NCBI GenBank assembly: GCA_040289575.1
Contig: PSLL01000003.1
Span: 115,912-142,429, forward strand
Origin: Candidatus Dadabacteria bacterium
GTDB lineage: Bacteria > Desulfobacterota_D > UBA1144 > Nemesobacterales > CSP1-2
DNA: 26,518 nt
Direction: 5' to 3'
Shown piece after piece: positions 1 to 8,395 of this stretch. Positions within the stretch are counted from its first letter, which is position 1. Each line of letters opens with the position of its first letter. Both the position numbers and the translations under genes were made by a program. The notes beneath the pieces are model-generated. The model was not told the origin of the DNA. It saw only the letters and a list, made by a program, of their open reading frames with translations, and searched no databases.

Positions 1-91
1 CGACCGGAACAGAAGCAGCCTCAATGTAACTCAACCGCACTGGCTTGCACGCTATCATGGCGGCATTTGCGACGGCGTACTCAGCTTTCAT
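1..91 (-). pseudogene. Start of an MDR-family NADP-dependent oxidoreductase (quinone reductase-like) with an apparent internal deletion; runs off the window edge
   Basis: ATG at 91 overlaps the TGA of the upstream gene (ATGA). It reads MKAEYAVANAAMIACKPVRLSYIEAASVPV. MKA is the usual MDR start, while AEYAVA..KP..LS..EAASVP normally lies about 100 aa further in. Not in the ORF track. Confidence 0.6.
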
Positions 92-771
92 CGTTCTTTT
101 CCCATCCCTACTTTTTTTCTCTTTCTAATCAATACTCTAAGACCGATTGCGAGCGCGGGTACTAGCGGAATAAGAACATTTGCTATGGCCGTCTCAAATC
201 GAACGGGGCCGCCAATCGCACATCCGCTACCGTTTTTGAAGTTTGTCGTCACTCTACCATTACTGCTAAATGTACTATCCCGGCTGCCATCCGTATTATA
301 ACGTGCAAGGGCAAAATCAAAATCCACGCCAACATCTGAAAACCCCGCTGCTACTATCTTACTATCTGATGATTGGATGGCTACAGCATTGGCTTCGTCA
401 TCTCCGCCGAAATTGGTCGTTACCTTGCCATCATTAGAGAAGCTGTTATCACGACTACCATTAGGGTTGTATCGAACAAGGGCAAAGTCAAAATTATGAA
501 TACTGGAGAGTCCCGCCGCCACTATCTTGCCGTCCGATTGAATTGCTACGGCTCTAGCTCCGTCATCGCTGCCGGCATCAAAGCTGGTCAGCGCCTTACC
601 AATGGTATCAAGCCTTGAGTCAGAACTGATAGGAGTGTTAGGGGCAGCCTGCACCTTGTACGCGAGGCCTATGATCAAAAGCAGAACGGCTGCATATGCA
701 GTTAAGTGAAATAATGAGATGAAGTCCTTTTTATTTATCTCTTTTGTTTGGCTTTTTTTAGTCTTGCTCAT
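88..771 (-). CDS. Secreted delta-60 repeat (beta-propeller) protein, short, with a C-terminal Cys/TM/basic sorting-like tail
   Basis: ATG at 771 follows GAGGATAGG. Signal peptide ends in VQA. Two repeats of AVAIQS.GKIVAAG...DFAL.RYN..GS.D..F...G.VTTNF. C-terminus GSGCAIGG...IANVLIPLVPALAIGLRVLIRKRKK. Confidence 0.75.
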   Translation of the reverse strand: MSKTKKSQTKEINKKDFISLFHLTAYAAVLLLIIGLAYKVQAAPNTPISSDSRLDTIGKALTSFDAGSDDGARAVAIQSDGKIVAAGLSSIHNFDFALVRYNPNGSRDNSFSNDGKVTTNFGGDDEANAVAIQSSDSKIVAAGFSDVGVDFDFALARYNTDGSRDSTFSSNGRVTTNFKNGSGCAIGGPVRFETAIANVLIPLVPALAIGLRVLIRKRKKVGMGKER

Positions 772-791
772 AGTCCTATCCTCTCCCGACA

Positions 792-812
792 ATCCCCGAT
801 CTAACCGGGGAT
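792..812. repeat. GC-rich inverted repeat (REP-like hairpin)
   Basis: ATCCCCG-atctaac-CGGGGAT, a perfect 7-bp stem. Confidence 0.45.
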
Positions 813-1012
813 CAGGACAAGTAGTATTGATTCGAATGTCAATCTAATTAATAGATACAAAAAGCCGACATATAATATGAACCCAATTAGATAGAGAAAA
901 GTTTCAAAGGGAAAAACCCGAAGGAATCATATTCAAATATATTCAACAAATCCTCAAAAACCGTCCTCCCCTGAGCGTGCCCACACACGCCGTCTACCCT
1001 GATTTTCATTAA

Positions 1013-1618
1013 TCAGCTTACCGTTTTACTGTTAATAAGGGTTGAAATCGCGCGTTTAACGGCTACCCCAATGTAATTAATCTCTCGCACGGGTTCGGTT
1101 ATGGCTACTACGGGTTCGATTATTCGGCTCTGTAGAATCGAGGCCGCTTCATTGATTTTATCATCCAAGCTTCTAACTATGCTATCGAGCCATTTAACCT
1201 CATCCTTCACAGTTAAAACTATATCGTGTACCGTAATAGTTATATCACTGGCCTTTTTCCCAATATCGTGTACAACTGGTTGAGCATCAGAGATAAAGGC
1301 AGATACCTTTGGTCTGTTTTCACTCAAAATTCCTCGCGCCTCGCTGAGAATATCGTGTAATGTTGTAACTACATAATTAGTCTTTGTCAATATATCCCTC
1401 ACCAACGGCTGAGATTCAGAGACAACCGCGTTTATCTTATCTCTGTTATCACCTATAATTCCATGTATCTCGCTGAGAATTGGGGCAATCCTGTCGTTTG
1501 TCGCCTGTAGTTTTGCTACTAAGGGCTTAAGCATTCTATAGGTTAGCACAAGAAAGATAATATTGACGATAAAAACGACTAAAACGGCAATCGCAATTAT
1601 CCATTCAAACTGCCCCAT
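1013..1618 (-). CDS. DUF948/YtxG-like membrane-anchored helical protein
   Basis: Likely start is ATG 1618 (MGQFEWIIAIAV), after AAGGGAG and overlapping the end of the upstream gene. One N-terminal TM segment, then amphipathic helical repeats. Adjacent to a YtxH-like gene. Confidence 0.65.
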   Translation of the reverse strand: MGQFEWIIAIAVLVVFIVNIIFLVLTYRMLKPLVAKLQATNDRIAPILSEIHGIIGDNRDKINAVVSESQPLVRDILTKTNYVVTTLHDILSEARGILSENRPKVSAFISDAQPVVHDIGKKASDITITVHDIVLTVKDEVKWLDSIVRSLDDKINEAASILQSRIIEPVVAITEPVREINYIGVAVKRAISTLINSKTVS

Positions 1619-2066
1619 CACGCGCTTCTCCCTTTTCGGCTTTATTCTTTTCTTCCTTATATGCCCGCTTGCCGGTTTCAATTGCCTCCGAGAGCCTCTC
1701 GACACTCTTGACCAGTGCATCTTTGGCTTCCTCAATCACCTCAGAGAGCTGATTCGTGCCTCTTACTATTGCCCCCTTAGCCTCTTCAACAACCGCATCA
1801 ATCATATCCCTACCCCGTTCCGTACTCCTATTTATTTGCTCCTTTAGATTGCTTCCCAATTTAGAACCAAATGCCAAAGCCGTATCAGACACCTTTTCGC
1901 CTATCTCTTTCCCGAATTTAGACGAGAGCAATAAGGCTCCAGCCGCACCGACGCCACAGCCGATGAGAAAGTAGATCAATTTAGCGTTTCTAATACCTTG
2001 AGATTTTAATCCCTCTGTCTCTCTTGAGTTTGCCGCTCTAAATTCAGCGTATTTCTCCATCGCCAT
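1605..2066 (-). CDS. YtxH domain-containing protein
   Basis: FLIGCGVGAAGALLL motif followed by a Lys/Glu-rich helix ending AIETGKRAYKEEK; SD GAGGAGG. Confidence 0.75.
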   Translation of the reverse strand: MAMEKYAEFRAANSRETEGLKSQGIRNAKLIYFLIGCGVGAAGALLLSSKFGKEIGEKVSDTALAFGSKLGSNLKEQINRSTERGRDMIDAVVEEAKGAIVRGTNQLSEVIEEAKDALVKSVERLSEAIETGKRAYKEEKNKAEKGEARDGAV

Positions 2067-2109
2067 CCCTCCTCTTAACTAATTTTAAAGTCGAATTATT
2101 AACAATGAA

Positions 2110-2131
2110 AATCGAGGAATTATACTCGATT
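2110..2131. promoter_or_regulatory. Inverted repeat enclosing a minus-strand TATAAT upstream of the ytxH-like gene
   Basis: AATCGAG-gaattata-CTCGATT; attata at 2119-2124 reads TATAAT on the minus strand. Confidence 0.35.
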
Positions 2132-2218
2132 CCTAATTCTCATTTCATTCGATTAATAATAGAATATCGGAAACAGATTTGGCTTTCAATGATTTTTTCT
2201 AGAATACTACAATCCATG

Positions 2219-2407
2219 CTAACAAATTCTCGGAAGCTGCTCCCCGGTTAGCATATCTACCACTCGCATACCGCCTATCTTGGTTTTCATAATAACTATA
2301 CCGGGGTGATTACTTGTAACCTCTCCAATAATCGCCGCCTCTCTACCCAAAGGATTTGTTCTCATCTTCTCAACCATAAGCTCGGCGTCGTCTTTGTCCA
2401 CAACCGC
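2219..2407 (-). pseudogene. hypE: C-terminal remnant (62 aa) of hydrogenase maturation protein HypE
   Basis: AVVDKDDAELMVEKMRTNPLGREAAIIGEV...KTKIGGMRVVDMLTGEQLPRIC ends with the diagnostic HypE PRIC terminus. The N-terminal part is missing and is replaced by nuclease sequence. Confidence 0.9.
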
Positions 2408-3045
2408 CCGGGGAAAAAGTTCTCCAACGCCCAGCAATATGAGACGCCCTGCTCATCGAGTAGAAGCTGGTCAATGTCCTCCCAAGCCTTCTCTACAATC
2501 CGGTGGTCAACCAACCAGTAGGCATTGTACTCATCCACAACCAGAAGGTCTACGCGTCCCCGGTAACGAATAGGCACAATGGGCACCGACCCTGGCGCCA
2601 CCAGGTCCTGCCCGAGATGCAATGGGTCAGGTATATTTACCTCAAAATCGGGTTCAACTTGAATTGGGGAAAAACGGTCAATAGTAGAGGCCCAATCAAA
2701 GTATCGCTTGAGCATACCCTCTCCAAGCTTAATATGTTCATTCCAGTCCCTCTCCTCTTCATCTGATAGTTCCCCGTGCTCCTTGATATATCTGTCTCGC
2801 TGATTGTACATAGATTTAAAAAATCCTTCAATCACAAGAGGCAAAACAATCTGTCGGTCCCATTCCCACATACCCGGGAAATAGTAGACGGCAAGGGCAT
2901 CGTGTATGGCTCTGTCGAAGTCGAACACCCGCATCGGCTTTACAGGTTCATAGTTCTGTCTCTCTCTAGAGCCGAAGTCCCAAGCCCGACGACAACGCTT
3001 AAATAACTCCCTATCAGATGACCTAATTACATACGCCCATGCCAT
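2362..3045 (-). pseudogene. PD-(D/E)XK nuclease-family (AddB/Cas4-like) protein, C-terminally truncated by fusion to the hypE remnant
   Basis: ATG 3045 follows GGAG. Motifs S.RELFKRCRR, RAIHDAL, VEPDFEV, YRGRVDLLVVD...WLVDHR and QGVSYCWAL. After NFFPG (about 2408) it reads out of frame through hypE DNA and stops. Confidence 0.7.
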
Positions 3046-3359
3046 TTTAGCTTCTCCACTATGGCATAAGTCCTTTGGAGGAGTCCCTGACTGGCTGTTG
3101 TCTATGTCCGGAAGAACTCGATGAGTACACGACAAGCACAAGCGATGGTACTACTCTTTCACCAGTCGAAAAGGCAGTCACTTCTTTAAACCCGTCTTTG
3201 ACTCGAATATATGATCAATATAATCATTTCAGCTTAATTAATTTAACTTGTCAAGAATTTCTCTTCAAGCTTACCCATGACCTCTATTTTTAAATACTTC
3301 TTCTATTCTTAACGAAACGGAACTATTCGGTTAGAATTTAATAAATACCTGAGGTCAAA

Positions 3360-4103
3360 ATGGAATCCGACTTTCTTTATAACAGGCTTAAAAACCTATT
3401 CCATGATTCGGGATTCAATCTCCTCCATCGAATCAAAGCCAGCGAATACGATAACCAGATAAGTCTAAGTAGACGCGCCTCCAATATAATGCCAAATGCC
3501 AAATCTGTTATTTTAGTTGGATTTGCAGGTAGGGGCTTTTGGGAGATTCTTCAAGGATTTCTCAAAGAGAATCCACAATTCCGGGAGACGCGAGAGGATT
3601 GGATTGACGAATATACAGTACTGAGATTTATGTCTGCATCCCGGATTCTTGATGATGCGGGTGTAGATTATGCAATAGCCTTTCCATTCGTCTCTGCAGG
3701 GCTCGCACTCGATTTCTCAAAACTCGGTGAATTAGGAGGAGTAGGCGCGAGAAGCCTAATGGGCATCTTAATCCATCCTGAATATGGCCTCTGGATTTCT
3801 CTACGGGGAGCGATCATTACCGATTTAGAATTCAGTCAATATAATGAGCCTCTATCCTTTGATCCATGCCCTCATTGCTCTAAACCCTGTATCTCAGCCT
3901 GTCCTGCAAACACCGTTTCTGAAGACGGCTGGGACTATAATGCCTGTATGAAATTTCGGCTCAGCGACGATACATGCAGAGATAATTGTGCTTCAAGACG
4001 CGCGTGTCCTTATGGTAAAGAGCACCAATACTCTGAAGAGCAACTCGCACATCATCATAGGTTTGTCCTGAAAAGTGTAAAGAAGTATTGGAAGAAAATT
4101 TAG
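3360..4103 (+). CDS. QueG/reductive-dehalogenase-like 4Fe-4S protein, possibly cobalamin-binding
   Basis: PNAKSVILVG and IHPEYGLWISLRGAIIT motifs; CPHCSKPCISACP plus a later C..CRDNC..RRACP (8 Cys in total). Confidence 0.65.
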   Translation: MESDFLYNRLKNLFHDSGFNLLHRIKASEYDNQISLSRRASNIMPNAKSVILVGFAGRGFWEILQGFLKENPQFRETREDWIDEYTVLRFMSASRILDDAGVDYAIAFPFVSAGLALDFSKLGELGGVGARSLMGILIHPEYGLWISLRGAIITDLEFSQYNEPLSFDPCPHCSKPCISACPANTVSEDGWDYNACMKFRLSDDTCRDNCASRRACPYGKEHQYSEEQLAHHHRFVLKSVKKYWKKI

Positions 4104-4268
4104 AATTCCTCTATCTTACCTCGGTCATGTTTTTCAAATTATTTTGTTAGTAATTGTATTGCAATAGCGGCTATAGAAAAGTACTATTGCCGATTTAGAA
4201 TCTGCTACTACGACTCTCAATCTAGATTCGGTGAACAACCTCAACAACGGTCTGGTATTATTTAAGAC

Positions 4269-4733
4269 ATGAAAACTCTACTGTTTTTCCACATCCTAGG
4301 AGCGGTTCTCATTTTAGGCAATACGATAATCTCAATCTTCTGGAAGCTTAAATCGGATTCCACAAAAGATTTAAGAATTATCGCGCATACACACAGGGAA
4401 ATTAGACGGGCAGATCGAATATTCAGCCATATCGGGATAATCCTGATTCTGATTACAGGCTTAGGGCTTTGGCACGTAGATAAAATTAAGATAATGCAGT
4501 CGATGTGGCTTCTCTGGGGAATAATATTATTTGTTGTTTCTATAATCTTGTGGGGCGCTGTAATTGTTCCTACTGAAAGGAAGCTGACTTTCCTTTCTGA
4601 TAAGTCATCAAATGAAGGAGGCATAGACCCCGGCATTATAAGATTATCAAAAAGATGGTATAACACAGCAGTTATCTTTGCCGCGCTTATAGTGATAATA
4701 ATGATTTTGATGGCTTATCGTCCCGTATTTTAG
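4269..4733 (+). CDS. DUF2269-family integral membrane protein
   Basis: FHILGAVLILGN start, four hydrophobic segments, LILITG motif and LMAYRP C-terminus. Confidence 0.7.
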   Translation: MKTLLFFHILGAVLILGNTIISIFWKLKSDSTKDLRIIAHTHREIRRADRIFSHIGIILILITGLGLWHVDKIKIMQSMWLLWGIILFVVSIILWGAVIVPTERKLTFLSDKSSNEGGIDPGIIRLSKRWYNTAVIFAALIVIIMILMAYRPVF

Positions 4734-4789
4734 AGAAGCCCTCATTCAAACGGTTTGACACCGATCAAGAACAATTTAATTTATTCTCA

Positions 4790-6121
4790 ATGAATAAGAA
4801 TAAAAGAAAACCGCTCGTTGCGATTGTTGGCAGACCGAATGTAGGGAAATCTACGCTTTTTAACAGAATAATTGGGTGGAGAAAGGCGATTGTAGAAGAC
4901 ACCCCCGGTGTAACGAGGGATAGAAACTACGCAGATGCCGAGTGGTTGGGAAGAAAGTTTAGTGTAGTCGACACGGGCGGATTAGATGTTGAATCGGATG
5001 AACTCTATCTCTCATTGATAAGGGATCAGGTTCAAGTAGCAATAGAAGAGGCAGATTTGATTCTATTTCTCCTCGATTCAAAAACGGGATTGGTACCCCA
5101 GGACATAGAAATCTCGAACCTCCTTAGAAAATCCACAAAGCCCGTTCTATACGTTGTAAATAAGGTTGACCATGAAAAGCACGAAGTTCGCACCTTTGAT
5201 TTTCATGCTTTAGGAACAGATACTTTCCTTACAGTATCGGCTCTTGATGGAAGAAAGGTAGATGGACTTTTAGATGCAATATTAGAGAGGCTCCCCGAAG
5301 CCAAGGGTGTTGAGGACACGAAAGACGCGATAAAGGTCGCGGTAATAGGAAAGCCAAATGTCGGCAAGTCAACCCTCGTCAACAGAATCATAGGCGAAGA
5401 GAGACTAATCACAAGCCCTATTCCCGGAACGACGAGGGATTCAATAGATACGCTTATTGAAAAGAACGGCAGAAAGTATCTTCTCATTGATACAGCGGGA
5501 ATCAGAAGAAGACCGAAGATTACATCCGCGGTTGAAAAGCACGGCGTGCTTAGAACCTTAAAAACAATCGAAAGGGCGGACATTGTACTCTTTATGTTTG
5601 ATGGCAAAGATGGTCCTACGCATCAAGACGCCCGCATCTCTGAGATTATAAAAGACAAGGGAAAAGGGTGCATCATTCTCTTAAACAAATGGGACATCGT
5701 TCCAAAAGAGATCGCCGAGATACCCGACATCGCAGATATAGTCAAAAGCAAACTCAAGGCGGTAGATTTTGCCCCTGTAATCTTAATCTCTGCGCTCACA
5801 GGAAAGAGGGTAAACAGGGTTTTTGATTATATTGACTCCGTATATGAGAATTTCTCACGTAGAATCAGTACAAAACAGCTCAACAGGCTCCTCAACAGTA
5901 TTCTAAAGACAAATCCTCCGTCGATATATAAAGGAAGTGAGATCAAATTCTATTACATATCCCAGCCTATGACAAAGCCGCCAACATTTGTAGTATTTAC
6001 AAACTCCTCAAAAGGCATATCCGAAAGCTATAAGAGATTTCTCGAGAATACTTTTCGAGAGGAATTTAGTTTAGAAGGAACCCCTATAAAATTCATCTTT
6101 AGGGCTAGAAGAAAAAATTGA
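4790..6121 (+). CDS. der: Ribosome biogenesis GTPase Der (EngA)
   Basis: Two G domains (GRPNVGKS/DTGG/NKVD and GKPNVGKS/DTAG/NKWD) and a KH-like C-terminus (PPTFVVF, YKRFLEN, GTPI). Confidence 0.98.
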   Translation: MNKNKRKPLVAIVGRPNVGKSTLFNRIIGWRKAIVEDTPGVTRDRNYADAEWLGRKFSVVDTGGLDVESDELYLSLIRDQVQVAIEEADLILFLLDSKTGLVPQDIEISNLLRKSTKPVLYVVNKVDHEKHEVRTFDFHALGTDTFLTVSALDGRKVDGLLDAILERLPEAKGVEDTKDAIKVAVIGKPNVGKSTLVNRIIGEERLITSPIPGTTRDSIDTLIEKNGRKYLLIDTAGIRRRPKITSAVEKHGVLRTLKTIERADIVLFMFDGKDGPTHQDARISEIIKDKGKGCIILLNKWDIVPKEIAEIPDIADIVKSKLKAVDFAPVILISALTGKRVNRVFDYIDSVYENFSRRISTKQLNRLLNSILKTNPPSIYKGSEIKFYYISQPMTKPPTFVVFTNSSKGISESYKRFLENTFREEFSLEGTPIKFIFRARRKN

Positions 6122-6126
6122 CCTAT

Positions 6127-7344
6127 CTACTTCACACCTACTTCTAATATCTTCTTTTCAATTTCCCGTGTCTTAGATTCTACGGAAAAGTATTTCTTAA
6201 CCCGCTCTCTGCTAGCAATCCCCATAGAAGCCCGAAGCGAGTTGTCATGTATAAGCCTTAATATAGAGTTCCCCAATTGCTCAGGATTGCCGGACTCGTT
6301 TAATAATCCAGTTACACCATCCTCTACAGCTTCAGCAATCCCCCCTACCCTGAAACCAACAACCGGGAGTGCAAAAGCCATCGCTTCTATTACAACCCTG
6401 GGAAATGGGTCTGGATAGCTCGATGGTATAACGAAAATATCAAAGTCCTTTAAATAAGGCTTTATATCCCTCTTATATCCCGTAAAGATAAAAACGCTCT
6501 TTAAGCCAAGGCTACTTACCAAATCCTTAAGAAACTCGAGATGATTATCTACAAAAAAATAAGGAGTGTCTCCAACTATTACAAACCTTACTTTGTTTGT
6601 ATTCCCTCCAAGACTTTTGATCACAATGAGGGCGGCCTTTATCATATACTCATATCCTTTCCTCGGAACAATTCTCCCTATGCTTCCAACTACAATCACC
6701 CCTTCCGGAATTCCATATTCAGACCGTAATATCCTAGGAGTCCTCTCAGGATTAAATTCTTCAATATCAACACCATTGTGAACAAGGGATATTTTTTTTT
6801 GATCGAAGCAAAATTGTGCCACCGCAGCACCTGAGACACATATTATCTTCTTTACAGCTGGGAGCAGCGAAAGGGCATTCATTGTAAATCGGAGTGCCCT
6901 TGTTTGTTGAATGTTCCTTACGTGCCATATAACAGGCCTCCGATTGAGGACACCTATCAATGCCCCAAAAATCTTTGCCAAGGTGCCATTACAGTATATT
7001 ACGTCTACTTTTACCTTCCTTATCAAAAATGGTGATCTGAGAATAAGCAAAAACAGATCAATCACATTTAACGCCACAGATGCAGTTTTTAGAACCCTTG
7101 GAGAAAGCCGATTTGAATTGAAGCGGGGTCTAAGTATATTTTCAGGGAATTTTTTCTCAACAATGATTTTATCCCCCAATCCCTCATTTCTAAGGAGTTC
7201 AGTAAATACACCCTCTTTAGGAACAAGAACAAAAGGGGTGAATCTAGCTTTATCAATATACCTTAGCATATAGAAAAGGCTTCTTCCCGGTCCTCCATCC
7301 CTTACCGAATGATTTATAAAAAGGATTCTAATCGTTTGCTTCAT
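6127..7344 (-). CDS. Glycosyltransferase family 4 (GT-B)
   Basis: GGPGRS N-terminal loop, VHNGVD, GRIVPRKG, DPFPRVVIEAMA, GGIAEAVEDGVTG. Confidence 0.93.
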   Translation of the reverse strand: MKQTIRILFINHSVRDGGPGRSLFYMLRYIDKARFTPFVLVPKEGVFTELLRNEGLGDKIIVEKKFPENILRPRFNSNRLSPRVLKTASVALNVIDLFLLILRSPFLIRKVKVDVIYCNGTLAKIFGALIGVLNRRPVIWHVRNIQQTRALRFTMNALSLLPAVKKIICVSGAAVAQFCFDQKKISLVHNGVDIEEFNPERTPRILRSEYGIPEGVIVVGSIGRIVPRKGYEYMIKAALIVIKSLGGNTNKVRFVIVGDTPYFFVDNHLEFLKDLVSSLGLKSVFIFTGYKRDIKPYLKDFDIFVIPSSYPDPFPRVVIEAMAFALPVVGFRVGGIAEAVEDGVTGLLNESGNPEQLGNSILRLIHDNSLRASMGIASRERVKKYFSVESKTREIEKKILEVGVK

Positions 7345-7420
7345 CCTGGTTGAATTAGCAATCTACCATGAGATAAATAGCTAAGCTAATGCAACCCTAT
7401 CATGAACTATTTAAACGCCA

Positions 7421-7449
7421 TTGTAACCAATTGGTTTTATCCAGCGTCA
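7421..7449 (+). promoter_or_regulatory. Putative ECF-sigma promoter (autoregulatory)
   Basis: TTGTAACC-N16-CGTCA, 32 nt before the ECF ATG; the same motif and spacing recur at 8798-8826. Confidence 0.7.
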
Positions 7450-7481
7450 TAATATAATGTTATGATGAAAAAGAGTCAGAT

Positions 7482-8066
7482 ATGCCTGAGAATCAATTTG
7501 ACATGGCATCGCTCCTGCTTCGAGTCAAGGCGGGCGATGCCGATGCTAGTCGCGACTTGGTCACATTCCTTTATCCACTGGTCATCAAAATCGTGCGTGC
7601 CAATTTACCTAGGTCCCTTTCTGAAGAAGATTTAGCCCAAGAGGTCTTTATGAGGGTTTTTGCACATATAGAACAATATCGCGGTGTGGTACCATTTGAG
7701 CATTGGGTGTCCCGAATCGCCCTCACAACGTGCATCAACCATCTGCGTGCGCAAAAACGACGACCGGAACTGCGTTGGACTGATCTGTCAGAAACCGAAG
7801 TCACTGTTCTAGAGGGAGTAATGTCCGCCGAGTTTGAATCAGACCGTCTACAGGCACAAGCGGCCAGGGAGTTGGTAAATAAGCTACTTGATTGTTTGAA
7901 TCCCGATGATCGATTGGTAATTGCCCTTTTAGATTTAGAGCAACGCTCCGTGTCAGAGATCAGTCAGATAACAGGCTGGAGTAGACCGTTAATCAAAGTG
8001 AGAGCCTTCCGAGCGCGTCGTAAGCTAAGAAAATATTTAAGCAAACTGCTGGGGAGGAAAATATGA
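7482..8066 (+). CDS. ECF RNA polymerase sigma factor
   Basis: Region 2 EEDLAQEVFMRVF...WVSRIA; region 4 L..DDRLVIALLDLEQRSVSEISQITGW....IKVRAFRARRKLR. Confidence 0.95.
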   Translation: MPENQFDMASLLLRVKAGDADASRDLVTFLYPLVIKIVRANLPRSLSEEDLAQEVFMRVFAHIEQYRGVVPFEHWVSRIALTTCINHLRAQKRRPELRWTDLSETEVTVLEGVMSAEFESDRLQAQAARELVNKLLDCLNPDDRLVIALLDLEQRSVSEISQITGWSRPLIKVRAFRARRKLRKYLSKLLGRKI

Positions 8067-8395
8067 ACTACATAGACCAAGTCTGGGCCCGATTGGTGAA
8101 TGCAGCACGACAAGCCGAAACAGTTGGTTCTACTGAAATACCACCGGGATTTGCTACTCGTGTAATTGCCAATCGGAAAATTGACATCAATAGTGCCTCC
8201 GTCTGGGAATTTTTATCTATCCGAGCGTTGGTTTTCGCCTTTTTCCTGATGGTTGGAAGTATAGTGATAAATTACAACATAATAAACGACAATTGGATTA
8301 GCAACCTAGCTATGAACTACAGTTCTGTAAACGATGACTGGGCTAATAGCTCAGCGATAGCCGACATCATACCGGAGCTCATTTCAACACCATGA
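8063..8395 (+). CDS. Putative single-pass anti-sigma factor
   Basis: ATGA-coupled to the ECF gene; PPGFATRV motif and one TM segment. Confidence 0.7.
   Translation: MNYIDQVWARLVNAARQAETVGSTEIPPGFATRVIANRKIDINSASVWEFLSIRALVFAFFLMVGSIVINYNIINDNWISNLAMNYSSVNDDWANSSAIADIIPELISTP

Noticed and set aside
961..1002. GCGTG/CACGC hairpin flanked by imperfect direct repeats downstream of the DUF948 gene
   Set aside because: Only a 5-bp stem, and the U-tract is not adjacent; unconvincing as a terminator
2362..3045. Nuclease as a Cas4 of a CRISPR system
   Set aside because: No repeat-spacer array or other cas genes in the window
3118..3150. YHRLCLSCTH on the minus strand resembles the hydrogenase large-subunit L2 motif (DPCxxCxxH)
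   Set aside because: No DP, wrong His spacing, a stop codon immediately upstream, and too short to distinguish from chance
3081..3204. Possible structured RNA upstream of the nuclease (GACTGG/CCAGTC, GAGTA/TACTC pairings)
   Set aside because: Stems are only 5-6 bp and match no riboswitch or 6S consensus I recognise; an Rfam/Infernal search would be needed
4161..4230. Inverted repeats GCAATAG/CTATTGC and GAATCT/AGATTC upstream of the DUF2269 gene
   Set aside because: Long spacers and short arms; compatible with chance
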